From Candidatus Hadarchaeum sp. (GTDB lineage Archaea > Hadarchaeota > Hadarchaeia > Hadarchaeales > Hadarchaeaceae), in NCBI RefSeq assembly GCF_049969415.1, contig NZ_JBMFOX010000001.1:32001-96000 (forward strand): 64,000 nt of DNA, in the 5' to 3' direction. Below the pieces are notes generated by a model. It saw only the letters and a program-made list of their open reading frames with translations. It ran no database searches and was not told the origin of the DNA. The translations under genes were made by a program, and so were the position numbers. Positions 9,168 to 17,872 of this stretch are shown here, piece after piece (the stretch's first letter is position 1; every line of letters starts with the position of its first letter).

Positions 9168-9873
9168 GGCGCCGAACCCTTCTCATCGCTGCCCGCTTCA
9201 CCAAAATTTTTGAAGCTATGTCGCGGCTGAGCGCGACCTGTATTTTACCGCACTGGAGCATGATGGCCCCGCGAGGGAGCTTTTCTGTCACCATCACCTT
9301 AGAACCGGGGAGGATGTTCAACGCCAGCAGACGTTCCACCGCCTCCTTCTCCTCCGGAATCGTCGCCACCGTTCCCCATTCGCCGCACCCCAGGTCTGAA
9401 AGAGGTTCCAAGCTTGGCTGTTCCGAATTGCCTCTGGATCGAGGTATGATCCCCCCGTGAGGACAGGTAACCGGCCTTTTGAGGAGTTCGTCAATTTTTT
9501 CCGTCAGCTCATCGTCGAAAACATGCTCGAACTCGCAGGCGTGTTCATGGATCCCTGGCAGCTCATGACCAAAGACATCACAAAGCAAACGCTCCGCCAA
9601 CTTGTGGCGTCGCACGACCCTGATAGCCTCGTCCATGCCGCGGTCGGTAAGCGCGGCCCCGGAACGATCTCGAGTAACCAACCCCTTATCGCTCAGCCGG
9701 GAAAGCATCTCGACCACGCTGGGGTCCTTTACCTTAAGTTTCTGGGCTAGCTCGCTCACCTTGACCCGTTGCTTTGCCTTGGACTGCTCCCTGTAGATGG
9801 CCTCCAGATACTCCTCCTCCGAGGCCGAGAGCTTGGATCCCTTCCTGCACGCGTGCGGGACCATAGTAATCAT
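9145..9873 (-). CDS. DtxR-family iron-dependent repressor with C-terminal FeoA/SH3 domain
   Basis: EEEYLEAIY, RRHKLAERLL, ACEFEH, CPHG motifs; FeoA-like RLLALNILPGSKV...VALSRDIASKILV. Confidence 0.93.
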   Translation of the reverse strand: MITMVPHACRKGSKLSASEEEYLEAIYREQSKAKQRVKVSELAQKLKVKDPSVVEMLSRLSDKGLVTRDRSGAALTDRGMDEAIRVVRRHKLAERLLCDVFGHELPGIHEHACEFEHVFDDELTEKIDELLKRPVTCPHGGIIPRSRGNSEQPSLEPLSDLGCGEWGTVATIPEEKEAVERLLALNILPGSKVMVTEKLPRGAIMLQCGKIQVALSRDIASKILVKRAAMRRVRRRAGRGWH

Positions 9874-9876
9874 TAA

Positions 9877-9919
9877 TTAGGTAAACCTAAATTAATTTAA
9901 ATCTTTAGGCGAACCTAAA
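9877..9919. promoter_or_regulatory. Tandem putative DtxR operators (TTAGG-N4-CCTAA x2)
   Basis: TTAGGTAAACCTAA at 9877-9890 and TTTAGGCGAACCTAAA at 9904-9919, flanking an AT-rich TATA-like segment upstream of dtxR-feoB. Confidence 0.85.
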
Positions 9920-10006
9920 AATCACCGCACGCTAAAAACACGTCAAAGGAAAAACCCAACACAAGGCTTTTAGAAAACATGATCAATTTAATGACGTTAT
10001 GATACC

Positions 10007-11695
10007 ATGCAGGACGTCTCCATACTCATAGGCGGCCAAGCCGGAGACGGAATGATGAGGGCTGCCGAACTGATTGGCAGAATCTTCAACCGACTGGGCC
10101 TTTACGCCTTTGTGATAAACGACTACGGATCGCTCATCCGGGGAGGCCATAACTTTTGCAAGATAAGGGCGGCGGATAGGCAGATTTGGCATCACCGGGA
10201 TTCTGTGGACCTTATCGCCGCCGTTAACCAAGACACCATAGCCAAGCACCAAAACGAGCTGACAAGCGGTGGCCGCGTTCTCTATGACAGCGACACGGCT
10301 AAGTACGAAGGACCCCACGAACCGTTGCCGATACCGCTTACAACAATGGTCAAAGGTGTGGGCGGTGTTCCCATCATGAGAAACTCGGCAATGATCGGCG
10401 CCATCGCTGGTCTTTGCGGAGTTCCGTTAAACATTATCGAAGACATCCTCAACCGAGCCTACGGTGAAAAAGCGGCCAAAAACATTGAGCTTGTAAAAAT
10501 GGGATATGAATTCGCCGGGAAAAATTTCAAGCCAATTCTAAAAATCGAGATAATAAAACGTGATCCAACTCCATTTATCTCGGGAGCAGAGAGCTTGGCC
10601 CTCGGAGCGGTCAAGGCAGGGATGAAGCTTTACATCACTTACCCCATGACCCCTTCAACCGCCATCCTGAACTACCTCGGTCCGGCCCAAGACGAGCTCG
10701 GCATCGTTTTGGTGCATCCGGAAAATGAGATCGGGGTAGCCAACATGGCGCTGGGCGCGGCCTATGCGGGGGTGAGAACGATGGTCGGCACGGCTGGCGG
10801 CGGCTTTGCCCTGATGCAGGAAGCATTCAGCATGGCCGGCCAAGCTGAAATCCCTGTTGTGTTCGTTGTGGGGCAACGGGTTGCCCCGGCCGTGGGAGCA
10901 CCCACCTACACCGCACAGGCGGACCTAAAGTTCTTGCTCAACGCCGGACACGGAGAGTTTCCACGCATAGTTGTGGCCCCGGGAGATCCGGAGGAGGCGT
11001 TCGTGAAAACTGGTGAGGTTATGAACCTAGCTTGGAAGTACCAATCGCCAGCCATTGTCATCGTAGACAAGCACCTCCTGGAGAGTTACATGAGCATCGC
11101 GATCGACGAGAATGGGGTTCGGTTGGAACCGGCTGAGTTCGCCGCGGAACAGGTAGAGTATCGGAGATATCGGTTCACCGATAGTGGAATATCACCAATT
11201 ACATTCCCTGGCAAGAAAGGTGCTGTCGTCAAGGTCACCAGCTATGAACACGATGAGTATGGATACGCTGAAGAAACCGCAGAGGGCATACAAAAAATGC
11301 AGGAGAAAAGGTTGCGAAAGCTCTCATCGATGATCCGAGATCTTAAGGAAAGGGAGACGGTGAAAATCCACGGTGATTCAAAGGCTGAAAACCTGGTGTT
11401 GGCATGGGGTTCCACCAAAGGGGCAATCCTGGAAGCGATGAACCTCATCGACAGACCGATACGGTTCCTGCAGATCATTTATCTGAGCCCGTTCCCAGAG
11501 TGGGAGGTTTCCCGGCATCTCAGAACAGCGAATAATGTTCTATTGGTCGAGGGCAACCTAACCGGTCAACTCGGATCACTGATAGCAGAAAAAACTGGAT
11601 TCCGCATTAAAAACGCCGTTCTCAAAAATGATGGAAGGCCATTTGACCCTGTTCTCTTGGCAAACAAGATACGGGAGGCGTTCGGATGGAAATGA
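10007..11695 (+). CDS. korA: 2-oxoacid:ferredoxin oxidoreductase alpha subunit (gamma-alpha fusion)
   Basis: GGQAGDG, IRGGHNF gamma domain; YPMTPST, ENEI, GHGEFPRIV motifs. Confidence 0.93.
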   Translation: MQDVSILIGGQAGDGMMRAAELIGRIFNRLGLYAFVINDYGSLIRGGHNFCKIRAADRQIWHHRDSVDLIAAVNQDTIAKHQNELTSGGRVLYDSDTAKYEGPHEPLPIPLTTMVKGVGGVPIMRNSAMIGAIAGLCGVPLNIIEDILNRAYGEKAAKNIELVKMGYEFAGKNFKPILKIEIIKRDPTPFISGAESLALGAVKAGMKLYITYPMTPSTAILNYLGPAQDELGIVLVHPENEIGVANMALGAAYAGVRTMVGTAGGGFALMQEAFSMAGQAEIPVVFVVGQRVAPAVGAPTYTAQADLKFLLNAGHGEFPRIVVAPGDPEEAFVKTGEVMNLAWKYQSPAIVIVDKHLLESYMSIAIDENGVRLEPAEFAAEQVEYRRYRFTDSGISPITFPGKKGAVVKVTSYEHDEYGYAEETAEGIQKMQEKRLRKLSSMIRDLKERETVKIHGDSKAENLVLAWGSTKGAILEAMNLIDRPIRFLQIIYLSPFPEWEVSRHLRTANNVLLVEGNLTGQLGSLIAEKTGFRIKNAVLKNDGRPFDPVLLANKIREAFGWK

Positions 11696-12534
11696 GGGAA
11701 TTCGACACTCCGACGAAAAACACTTGGTGTCCAGGCTGCAACAATTTCGGCATCCTAACCGCCGTCAAGCAGGCGCTGGCGGAACTGGTGAATTCCGGAG
11801 AAATGAAACCGGAGGAGATTGTAATCCTATCTGGAGTGGGGTGCCACGGCAAGATATCCGATTACATCAAGGTCAACAGCTTTTACTGCCTGCATGGAAG
11901 AACGATACCGCCGGCAATGGGGATAAGGGTTGCCAACCAGAAGTTGAAAGTCATTGCTTTTTCCGGCGACGGTGACGCCTACGCCGAAGGAATCAGCCAC
12001 GTCATCCACGCGGCGCGGAGAAATCTAGACATAACATTGGTCGTGCACGACAACGAAGTTTTTGCCCTGACGACATCGCAGGTGACGCCCACCACCAAGA
12101 AAGGATTCAAGACAAAGTCCGCTCCAAAGGGAAGTTTTGAAACCCCACTAAATCCGCTGCATCTCATGCTATCGTGCGGGGCCACCTTTGTGGCTCGCGG
12201 ATTTTCGGGTGATATAAAGCATCTTAAGTCAATACTAATCGAAGCCGTCAGACACCGTGGCTTTAGCTTCATTGACGTTATTCAGGAATGTGTGACCTTT
12301 AACCCAATCAAGGAAAAATACCTGCCCAAAATTTATGATCTCAACAAAGAAGGCCACAAGGTGACAGACTTCTCCGCCGCCTGGAAAAGGGCGAGCGAGA
12401 TCGAAAGGATACCGATAGGGATCTTCTATCGGGAGGAGAGAGAAACGTACGAAAAACAGCTGCTGAACGAAAGAATCCTCGTGGAAGAAGGACCAGTACC
12501 ATCGATAAAAAAGGTACTTCAGGAATTCACTTGA
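11686..12534 (+). CDS. korB: 2-oxoacid:ferredoxin oxidoreductase beta subunit
   Basis: WCPGC, GVGCH, LHGR, GDGD TPP-binding motif. Confidence 0.93.
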   Translation: MEMREFDTPTKNTWCPGCNNFGILTAVKQALAELVNSGEMKPEEIVILSGVGCHGKISDYIKVNSFYCLHGRTIPPAMGIRVANQKLKVIAFSGDGDAYAEGISHVIHAARRNLDITLVVHDNEVFALTTSQVTPTTKKGFKTKSAPKGSFETPLNPLHLMLSCGATFVARGFSGDIKHLKSILIEAVRHRGFSFIDVIQECVTFNPIKEKYLPKIYDLNKEGHKVTDFSAAWKRASEIERIPIGIFYREERETYEKQLLNERILVEEGPVPSIKKVLQEFT

Positions 12535-12578
12535 ATTATTTTGAAAAGCTTAAATCCCGGCGGGAAAAAACTACTTGC

Positions 12579-12889
12579 ATGCCAATTGACCGGGATTTTA
12601 CGGCGAAGAGAAAAAAGTCGGGGCGCACTTAGGACATGATGTGTTGGGACCGGTCAATTCGCCGAAAGAACTTGGAATCAACGGCACTTCAGTGACAGTT
12701 GACTGGGATGTATGCAATGGGTGTGCAACTTGTTCCGAGGTTTTCTCCTGTCAACATATTCGACACGGTTGAGGTGCAAAACATCCCACCCCAAATAGAA
12801 AATCTGATCCGGCAAGAGAACCCGACTGCATAAAGTGCCTCGCCTGCAAAAGCAGCTGCCCGACCAAGGCCATCCGGATTGAAAAATAA
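12579..12889 (+). pseudogene. Zinc-containing ferredoxin (Zfx-type) pseudogene
   Basis: Reconstruction across 3 frameshifts: MPIDRDFTAKRK/KVGAHLGHDVLGPVNSPKELGINGTSVTVDWDVCNGCATCSEV/PVNIFDTVEVQ/HPTPNRKSDPAREPDCIKCLACKSSCPTKAIRIEK*, colinear with Sulfolobus-type Zfx. Confidence 0.85.
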
Positions 12890-12933
12890 TCCACCGCCAA
12901 CGCCAATCTTCCAGTACCCAATCACGCCTCAAC

Positions 12934-13446
12934 TCACAAGAACCTCTGAAACCTGTCCTTTTTCGCCCGGCAGATGGGACAAACCTCAGGAGGCTCTTCC
13001 CGCGCGCACAAATATCCACAAACAACACAGCGCCACACGGGAAGTGAAATTCCGGAGATTCCAGTGGAAACCGATGCCAACTTTGCCCTTTCCCGCTCCC
13101 CAGGCGGCGGGCGTCTTTCCGGTATCGAGCCAATTGTCTTTTTTCCGTCCAGCACTTCTTGGGAGACATAAAGGCCGCAATAGCAGGCACCGTAATCGTT
13201 TAGATCTGCGTCCCGGTAATCACAGGGGCAGATGATATCCAAGTCCTCTTCTTTCTTGCCGGAGGCCAATCTGCAGGGGCAGGACCAGTATCCGTATCTT
13301 TGTTCGTTTACCAGCAAGCCTTTCACGAGGCTTTTGGCAAACTCGACATCGTTATTGAGGTGGTAGCCTGCTGCCTCCGCCTCCTTTTTCAGCCTGTTGT
13401 AAAGATTATCGACGCTTTCCGGAGTTATCAAAACTTCACCGCTCAC
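12934..13446 (-). CDS. Ferredoxin:thioredoxin reductase-like catalytic protein with C-terminal rubredoxin (FDR-type)
   Basis: CPCR, CPCDY, CYCGLY motifs and C-terminal CVVCGY...CPIC. Confidence 0.93.
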   Translation of the reverse strand: MSGEVLITPESVDNLYNRLKKEAEAAGYHLNNDVEFAKSLVKGLLVNEQRYGYWSCPCRLASGKKEEDLDIICPCDYRDADLNDYGACYCGLYVSQEVLDGKKTIGSIPERRPPPGERERAKLASVSTGISGISLPVWRCVVCGYLCAREEPPEVCPICRAKKDRFQRFL

Positions 13447-13721
13447 AGTCCCAGCGCCTTTTTTATCTCCTCCTCCTTAAATCCGACTACAACTCTGTTG
13501 TTAATCACGATTGTGGGAAAAGATCTTCTCGGATTCCAACGATCCATTTCCCGCAAGGCCTCCTTTCTGCTTTCGCCGTCTAGAAGGTCTACATCCACAT
13601 AAAAATAATCAACACCAAGGCTGTCCAAAAGCCTCTTAGTTTTGCTACACCAGACGCATGTGCTCAGCGCGTACAAAACCACATCGCCCCTTTTTCTACC
13701 CTCAACATGGTTCATTTTCAT
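13443..13721 (-). CDS. Glutaredoxin/NrdH-like redoxin
   Basis: YALSTCVWC active site, SFPTIVIN cis-Pro loop, VGF. Confidence 0.92.
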   Translation of the reverse strand: MKMNHVEGRKRGDVVLYALSTCVWCSKTKRLLDSLGVDYFYVDVDLLDGESRKEALREMDRWNPRRSFPTIVINNRVVVGFKEEEIKKALGL

Positions 13722-13862
13722 GGATCTCCTCTTTCAATCATGATTTCTGTTAGAATATCGAAAAGAATCTCTTGGTTTCTACGGAAGTATGGTCATTGGG
13801 CCGGGGCATGAAAAAATTGCCCCAGCGAAGCTTCTGGGCTGGACCCAAACAATCGCTGCCCA

Positions 13863-14288
13863 TTATATTTCTTCCATCAGTGTGGTAAAGGTGTCGTGGT
13901 GCTCTTCTTCGTCCTCAAGGATGTGTCTGAAAATCAGATTGGCTACTTCGTCGCCCTCCTTTCTCGCCAACTCTATTATCTTGGTGTACATGCTGATGGC
14001 GTTTTCCTCATCCTTTATGTCCTGGGCAATCATCTCTTTGAGGGTCTTGCCTACGACGATAGGCGAAGGCTTGGTCGTGGGCGTGCCTCCAAGGTAGTAA
14101 AGCCTTTCGGCTATCTTTTCCGCGTGCTTCATCTCAACTATGGCTATTTTTTTAAGCTCGTCCTTTACGGCAAAGCCCTTTACTCCGCCCCACATGACGT
14201 GCTGCCACATATACTGTATCGAGACTTGAAGTTCCCTAGCAATCGCGTCGTTTAACAGGTCCAGCAATTCCTTTGAAACCTTTTTCAT
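13863..14288 (-). CDS. Ferritin-like/bacterioferritin-family protein
   Basis: ELQVSIQYM, EMKHAEKIAERL.YLGG.P, DEEEHHD ferroxidase motifs. Confidence 0.9.
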   Translation of the reverse strand: MKKVSKELLDLLNDAIARELQVSIQYMWQHVMWGGVKGFAVKDELKKIAIVEMKHAEKIAERLYYLGGTPTTKPSPIVVGKTLKEMIAQDIKDEENAISMYTKIIELARKEGDEVANLIFRHILEDEEEHHDTFTTLMEEI

Positions 14289-14436
14289 TTTTTCACCATC
14301 TTATTCTATCCCTCTCAACATTTTAATCTATTTGGAAGCTGTTTTTTATGGGAAGTAGATACCTCAAATGGGTCAAAACACTCCGACTCGGTGAATAAAA
14401 AAACAAAAACAACCTGCCACACGGGGCCGTCATAAA

Positions 14437-14589
14437 CTACTTCTTCTTCGCCTTTTTAGCCGGCGCGGTGACTTTTTTCATCGGCACGTCGCAGCAAATC
14501 AAATCACAAACTGCACACCCGCAATCCTCTTCAACCGCAACAACGACCCCGCATTTTTCGCACTGATATCTTTCTCCCTTCTTGGCCAA
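14437..14589 (-). CDS. 50-aa desulforedoxin-like Cys-rich mini-protein (not in ORF track)
   Basis: TTG start with GGGGA RBS; MAKKGERYQCEKCGVVVAVEEDCGCAVCDLICCDVPMKKVTAPAKKAKKK*; Y.C..CG...L.CC..PM desulforedoxin pattern. Confidence 0.8.
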   Translation of the reverse strand: MAKKGERYQCEKCGVVVAVEEDCGCAVCDLICCDVPMKKVTAPAKKAKKK

Positions 14590-14920
14590 CCAAAATCCCC
14601 AACAGATCATACAGCTGGCCCATATTTATCAATTTCGGAAAATCTTCGCCCTAACCTGCGAAACCAAGTCCAATATCGACCGCTACGCCGCAACCTTTAT
14701 CTAGGTGCCTCCACCGGGCTGAAATTACTCGACCCCTTAGGAACCAACAGGCGAAGCAGGAATCTCCTATATTTATCGCTAAATCGGCTGCTGCAGGTAA
14801 AAAAAGACCAAGCTTCCTCTTCCGGTGGGAACTAAAACAGGGGACAATTTTCCGTTCAACTCACCGATCAAAATTTATAAGGGAACGCTAACTTTTGTTA
14901 AAAGGAAAAAGGGGATTTTC

Positions 14921-15451
14921 ACGATAGAGATAAGATTCCACGGCAGGGGCGGTCAAGGGGCCGTTACCGCGGCGCGCCTTTTGGCAGAGGCCGCCTTCCT
15001 CGAGGGCAACTACTGCCAGGCCTTTCCCTTTTTCGGTGCAGAAAGGCGCGGTGCTCCCGTGGTGGCCTTCACCCGCATCAACAAACAGCCCATCCGCACC
15101 CGCGAACAGGTCTACAGTCCAGACTATGTGGTGGTGCTCGACCCGACTCTGGTTGAAGCCGTCGATGTGGCCGCGGGGCTGAAACCCGAAGGGATTGTGA
15201 TTCTTAATTCCAAAAAAGTTCCCGAAAATCTGGAAGGAAAAAAGATCGCGGTTGTGGACGCGACCAAAATCGCCATCGAAAACTTGGGAATTCCGATAAC
15301 GAACACCACAATGCTCGGAGCACTGGCACGTGCCACCGGCGTGGTCTCACTGGAATCAATCTCAAAGGTGATTGAGAAGAGGTTCGGAAAGCTGGCCGAG
15401 AAAAACATTAGTGCGGCCAAGCGAGCCTATGAAGAGACGGTGATCTCATGA
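14921..15451 (+). CDS. porG: Pyruvate/ketoisovalerate:ferredoxin oxidoreductase gamma subunit
   Basis: [27 protein letters not shown]; the codon at the expected start is ACG (see findings). Confidence 0.92.
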
Positions 15452-15708
15452 AGCTCAAGCCCGGAGCCGTAATAACCGAGCCCGGAAACTCGGAAAAATA
15501 CGAAACCGGAGGCTGGAGGACCTTCTCTCCCGTAGTCGACCCGGCCAAATGCACCGGCTGCGGAATCTGCTGGCTCTTCTGCCCCGAGGCGGCGATATCT
15601 AAAGGCAAGCCGCCCAAAATCGACCTCAGATACTGCAAGGGGTGCGGCATCTGCGCCAACGAATGTCCCGTCAAGGCGATAGCCATGAAGGAGGGCGGTA
15701 ACCGATGA
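15448..15708 (+). CDS. porD: Pyruvate:ferredoxin oxidoreductase delta subunit
   Basis: TGGWR, CxxCxxCxxxCP x2 ([13 protein letters not shown]). Confidence 0.95.
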   Translation: MKLKPGAVITEPGNSEKYETGGWRTFSPVVDPAKCTGCGICWLFCPEAAISKGKPPKIDLRYCKGCGICANECPVKAIAMKEGGNR

Positions 15709-16886
15709 AACAGATAATCGACGGCAATGAGGCGGCCGCTCTTGCCGCCAAGCTGGCCCGGGTGAAGGTGATCTCGGCTTACCCTATAACCCCGCAGACG
15801 ACCGTCGTTGAAAAACTAGCGGAATACATCTCCAACGGGGAACTGGATGCGGAGTTCATCAAGGTCGAGTCGGAGCACAGCGCCATGAGTGCCTGCATCG
15901 GCGCGGCGGCCACAGGCGTGCGCGCTTTCACGGCGACCTCATCACAAGGACTCCTTCTCATGAACGAGATGCTATACGTGGCCTCCGGGCTCAGACTACC
16001 GATCGTCATGACCAACGCCAACCGCTCGGTGTCCGCCCCGCTCAGCATCTGGTGCGACCAGCAGGACTCAATGACGGTGCGGGACTCGGGCTGGATCCAG
16101 CTCTACTGTGAGAACAATCAGGAGATCCTCGACACCACCATCCAGGCCTTTCGTATCGCCGAGGAAGTCCTGCTCCCCGTCATGGTCTGCTACGATGGTT
16201 ACATCCTCTCCCACACGCTGGAACCCGTCGACTGTCCCAGCCAAGAGGAAGTCGACGCCTTTCTGCCTCCCTACCGCTACCCCTACGCGCTCGACCCCGA
16301 GAAGCCGGTGACGATGGGGCCCGTCGGCGTCCCCGAATACTACATGGAATTCAGATACCTGCTACAGAAAGCGGTTCAGGAGGCAAAGCCCAAAATCGAG
16401 GAAATCGACGCTGAATTCAGAAATCGCTTTGGCCGCGGCTATGGAATTATGGAGAAATACCAAAGCGACGACGCGGAAGTGATAATACTCACCATGGGCT
16501 CGCTTAGCAGCAGCTCCAAGGATGTGGTGGATCGGCTAAGAAAACATGGAGAAAAGGTGGGGCTGGTGAAGCTGAAATCATTTCGCCCCTTCCCGGTCGA
16601 GGAAATGGTCGAAGCCTTAGGGCGGGCCAAGGCCATCGCGGTGATAGAGAAGGACATCTCCCTCGGCCACGCGGGAGGCCTCTTCATCGACACGGCGGCG
16701 GCCTTCGTCAACCGAGGTCGGGCCCCGCTGCTGCTCAACTTTATCTGCGGACTGGCCGGAAGGGACGTCACCTCGGCCCATATCGAGCAGGCCGTCAGAG
16801 AGGCACAAATGGCGGCTGAGACCGGTGAGGTCAAGGAAAAGATCAGGTGGTTGGGTCTTCAGGAAAACTTGGTGAGTGATGATTGA
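15705..16886 (+). CDS. porA: Pyruvate:ferredoxin oxidoreductase alpha subunit
   Basis: [28 protein letters not shown]. Confidence 0.95.
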   Translation: MKQIIDGNEAAALAAKLARVKVISAYPITPQTTVVEKLAEYISNGELDAEFIKVESEHSAMSACIGAAATGVRAFTATSSQGLLLMNEMLYVASGLRLPIVMTNANRSVSAPLSIWCDQQDSMTVRDSGWIQLYCENNQEILDTTIQAFRIAEEVLLPVMVCYDGYILSHTLEPVDCPSQEEVDAFLPPYRYPYALDPEKPVTMGPVGVPEYYMEFRYLLQKAVQEAKPKIEEIDAEFRNRFGRGYGIMEKYQSDDAEVIILTMGSLSSSSKDVVDRLRKHGEKVGLVKLKSFRPFPVEEMVEALGRAKAIAVIEKDISLGHAGGLFIDTAAAFVNRGRAPLLLNFICGLAGRDVTSAHIEQAVREAQMAAETGEVKEKIRWLGLQENLVSDD

Positions 16887-17758
16887 TGAAGGAGATTTCA
16901 GATCTGGAACTGCTGGCCCCGGGCCACCGCGCCTGCGCCGGCTGCCCCTGCGCCCTATCGCTGCGCCACGCGCTGAAGGCGCTGGGCAAGAACGTCATCA
17001 TCAGCCAGGCCACGGGATGCATGGAAGTAACCACGACGCCGTATCCGGAAACCGCCTGGAGGGTGCCATGGATACACGTTGCCTTCGAAAATGCCGCCGC
17101 CGTTGCCTCCGGGGTTTCCCGGGCGCTAAAGGTGCTGGGCAAAACACACGTCAAATCGGTCGCCATCGCCGGTGACGGTGGCACAGCCGATATCGGGATC
17201 CAAGCGCTCTCCGGTGCCGTGGAGAGAGGCGAGGACATCCTTTACCTCTGCTATGACAACGAGGCCTACATGAACACCGGAATCCAGCGAAGCGGGGCCA
17301 CCCCCTTCGGCGCCTGGACCACCACGACGCCCGTGGGTAAGGTTAAGAGGGGCGAGGATCTGCCGAAGAAGGACATGCCGGCAATAATGATTGCCCACGG
17401 AGCCCCCTATGTGGCCACGGCCTCGGTCGCCTATCCCCTCGACTTTCAGAAGAAGGTGAAAAAAGCGGCGTCAATTAAAGGCCCCACTTACGTGCACGTG
17501 CACGCCCCGTGCGTCCCGGGATGGAGAATCGACAGCAGCAAGTCGATAGAGGTGGCCCGCCTGGCCGTGCTCACGGGTGCCTGGATCCTGTACGAGTTTG
17601 AAGCGGGCAAGATAAACGTCACCTTCAAGCCCGCAAAAAGAAGGCCGGTCGCCGAGTATCTGAAGGCGCAGGGCAGGTTCAGGCATTTGACTGAAGAGGA
17701 GATGGCGCGGATACAGCAAATGGTCGACGAGCAGTGCCAAAAGTTCGGGATCCCTTAA
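16883..17758 (+). CDS. porB: Pyruvate:ferredoxin oxidoreductase beta subunit
   Basis: [31 protein letters not shown]. Confidence 0.95.
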   Translation: MMKEISDLELLAPGHRACAGCPCALSLRHALKALGKNVIISQATGCMEVTTTPYPETAWRVPWIHVAFENAAAVASGVSRALKVLGKTHVKSVAIAGDGGTADIGIQALSGAVERGEDILYLCYDNEAYMNTGIQRSGATPFGAWTTTTPVGKVKRGEDLPKKDMPAIMIAHGAPYVATASVAYPLDFQKKVKKAASIKGPTYVHVHAPCVPGWRIDSSKSIEVARLAVLTGAWILYEFEAGKINVTFKPAKRRPVAEYLKAQGRFRHLTEEEMARIQQMVDEQCQKFGIP

Positions 17759-17872
17759 ATTGAGCATCAAAGAGGATTGTCCTCCGAATCTCCGGAAAAC
17801 AGGGGGCTTAAGTTCCGCATAGTCCCATTCAATTTCTTTATTATCCGAAACATTGGAGTTAAAGGGAGAAAG

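Noticed and set aside
5363-12889. Programmed frameshifting or selenocysteine read-through in pdaD and the ferredoxin relic
   Set aside because: Several independent indels plus loss of conserved residues; stops do not align with Cys positions, so decay is more parsimonious
12678-13190. Minus-strand ORFs 12689..12925 and 12678..13190
   Set aside because: Antisense shadow of the ferredoxin pseudogene or alternate frame of the FDR gene
14590-14900. Possible tRNA/ncRNA in the intergenic region before porG
   Set aside because: No cloverleaf, T-loop or convincing structure seen
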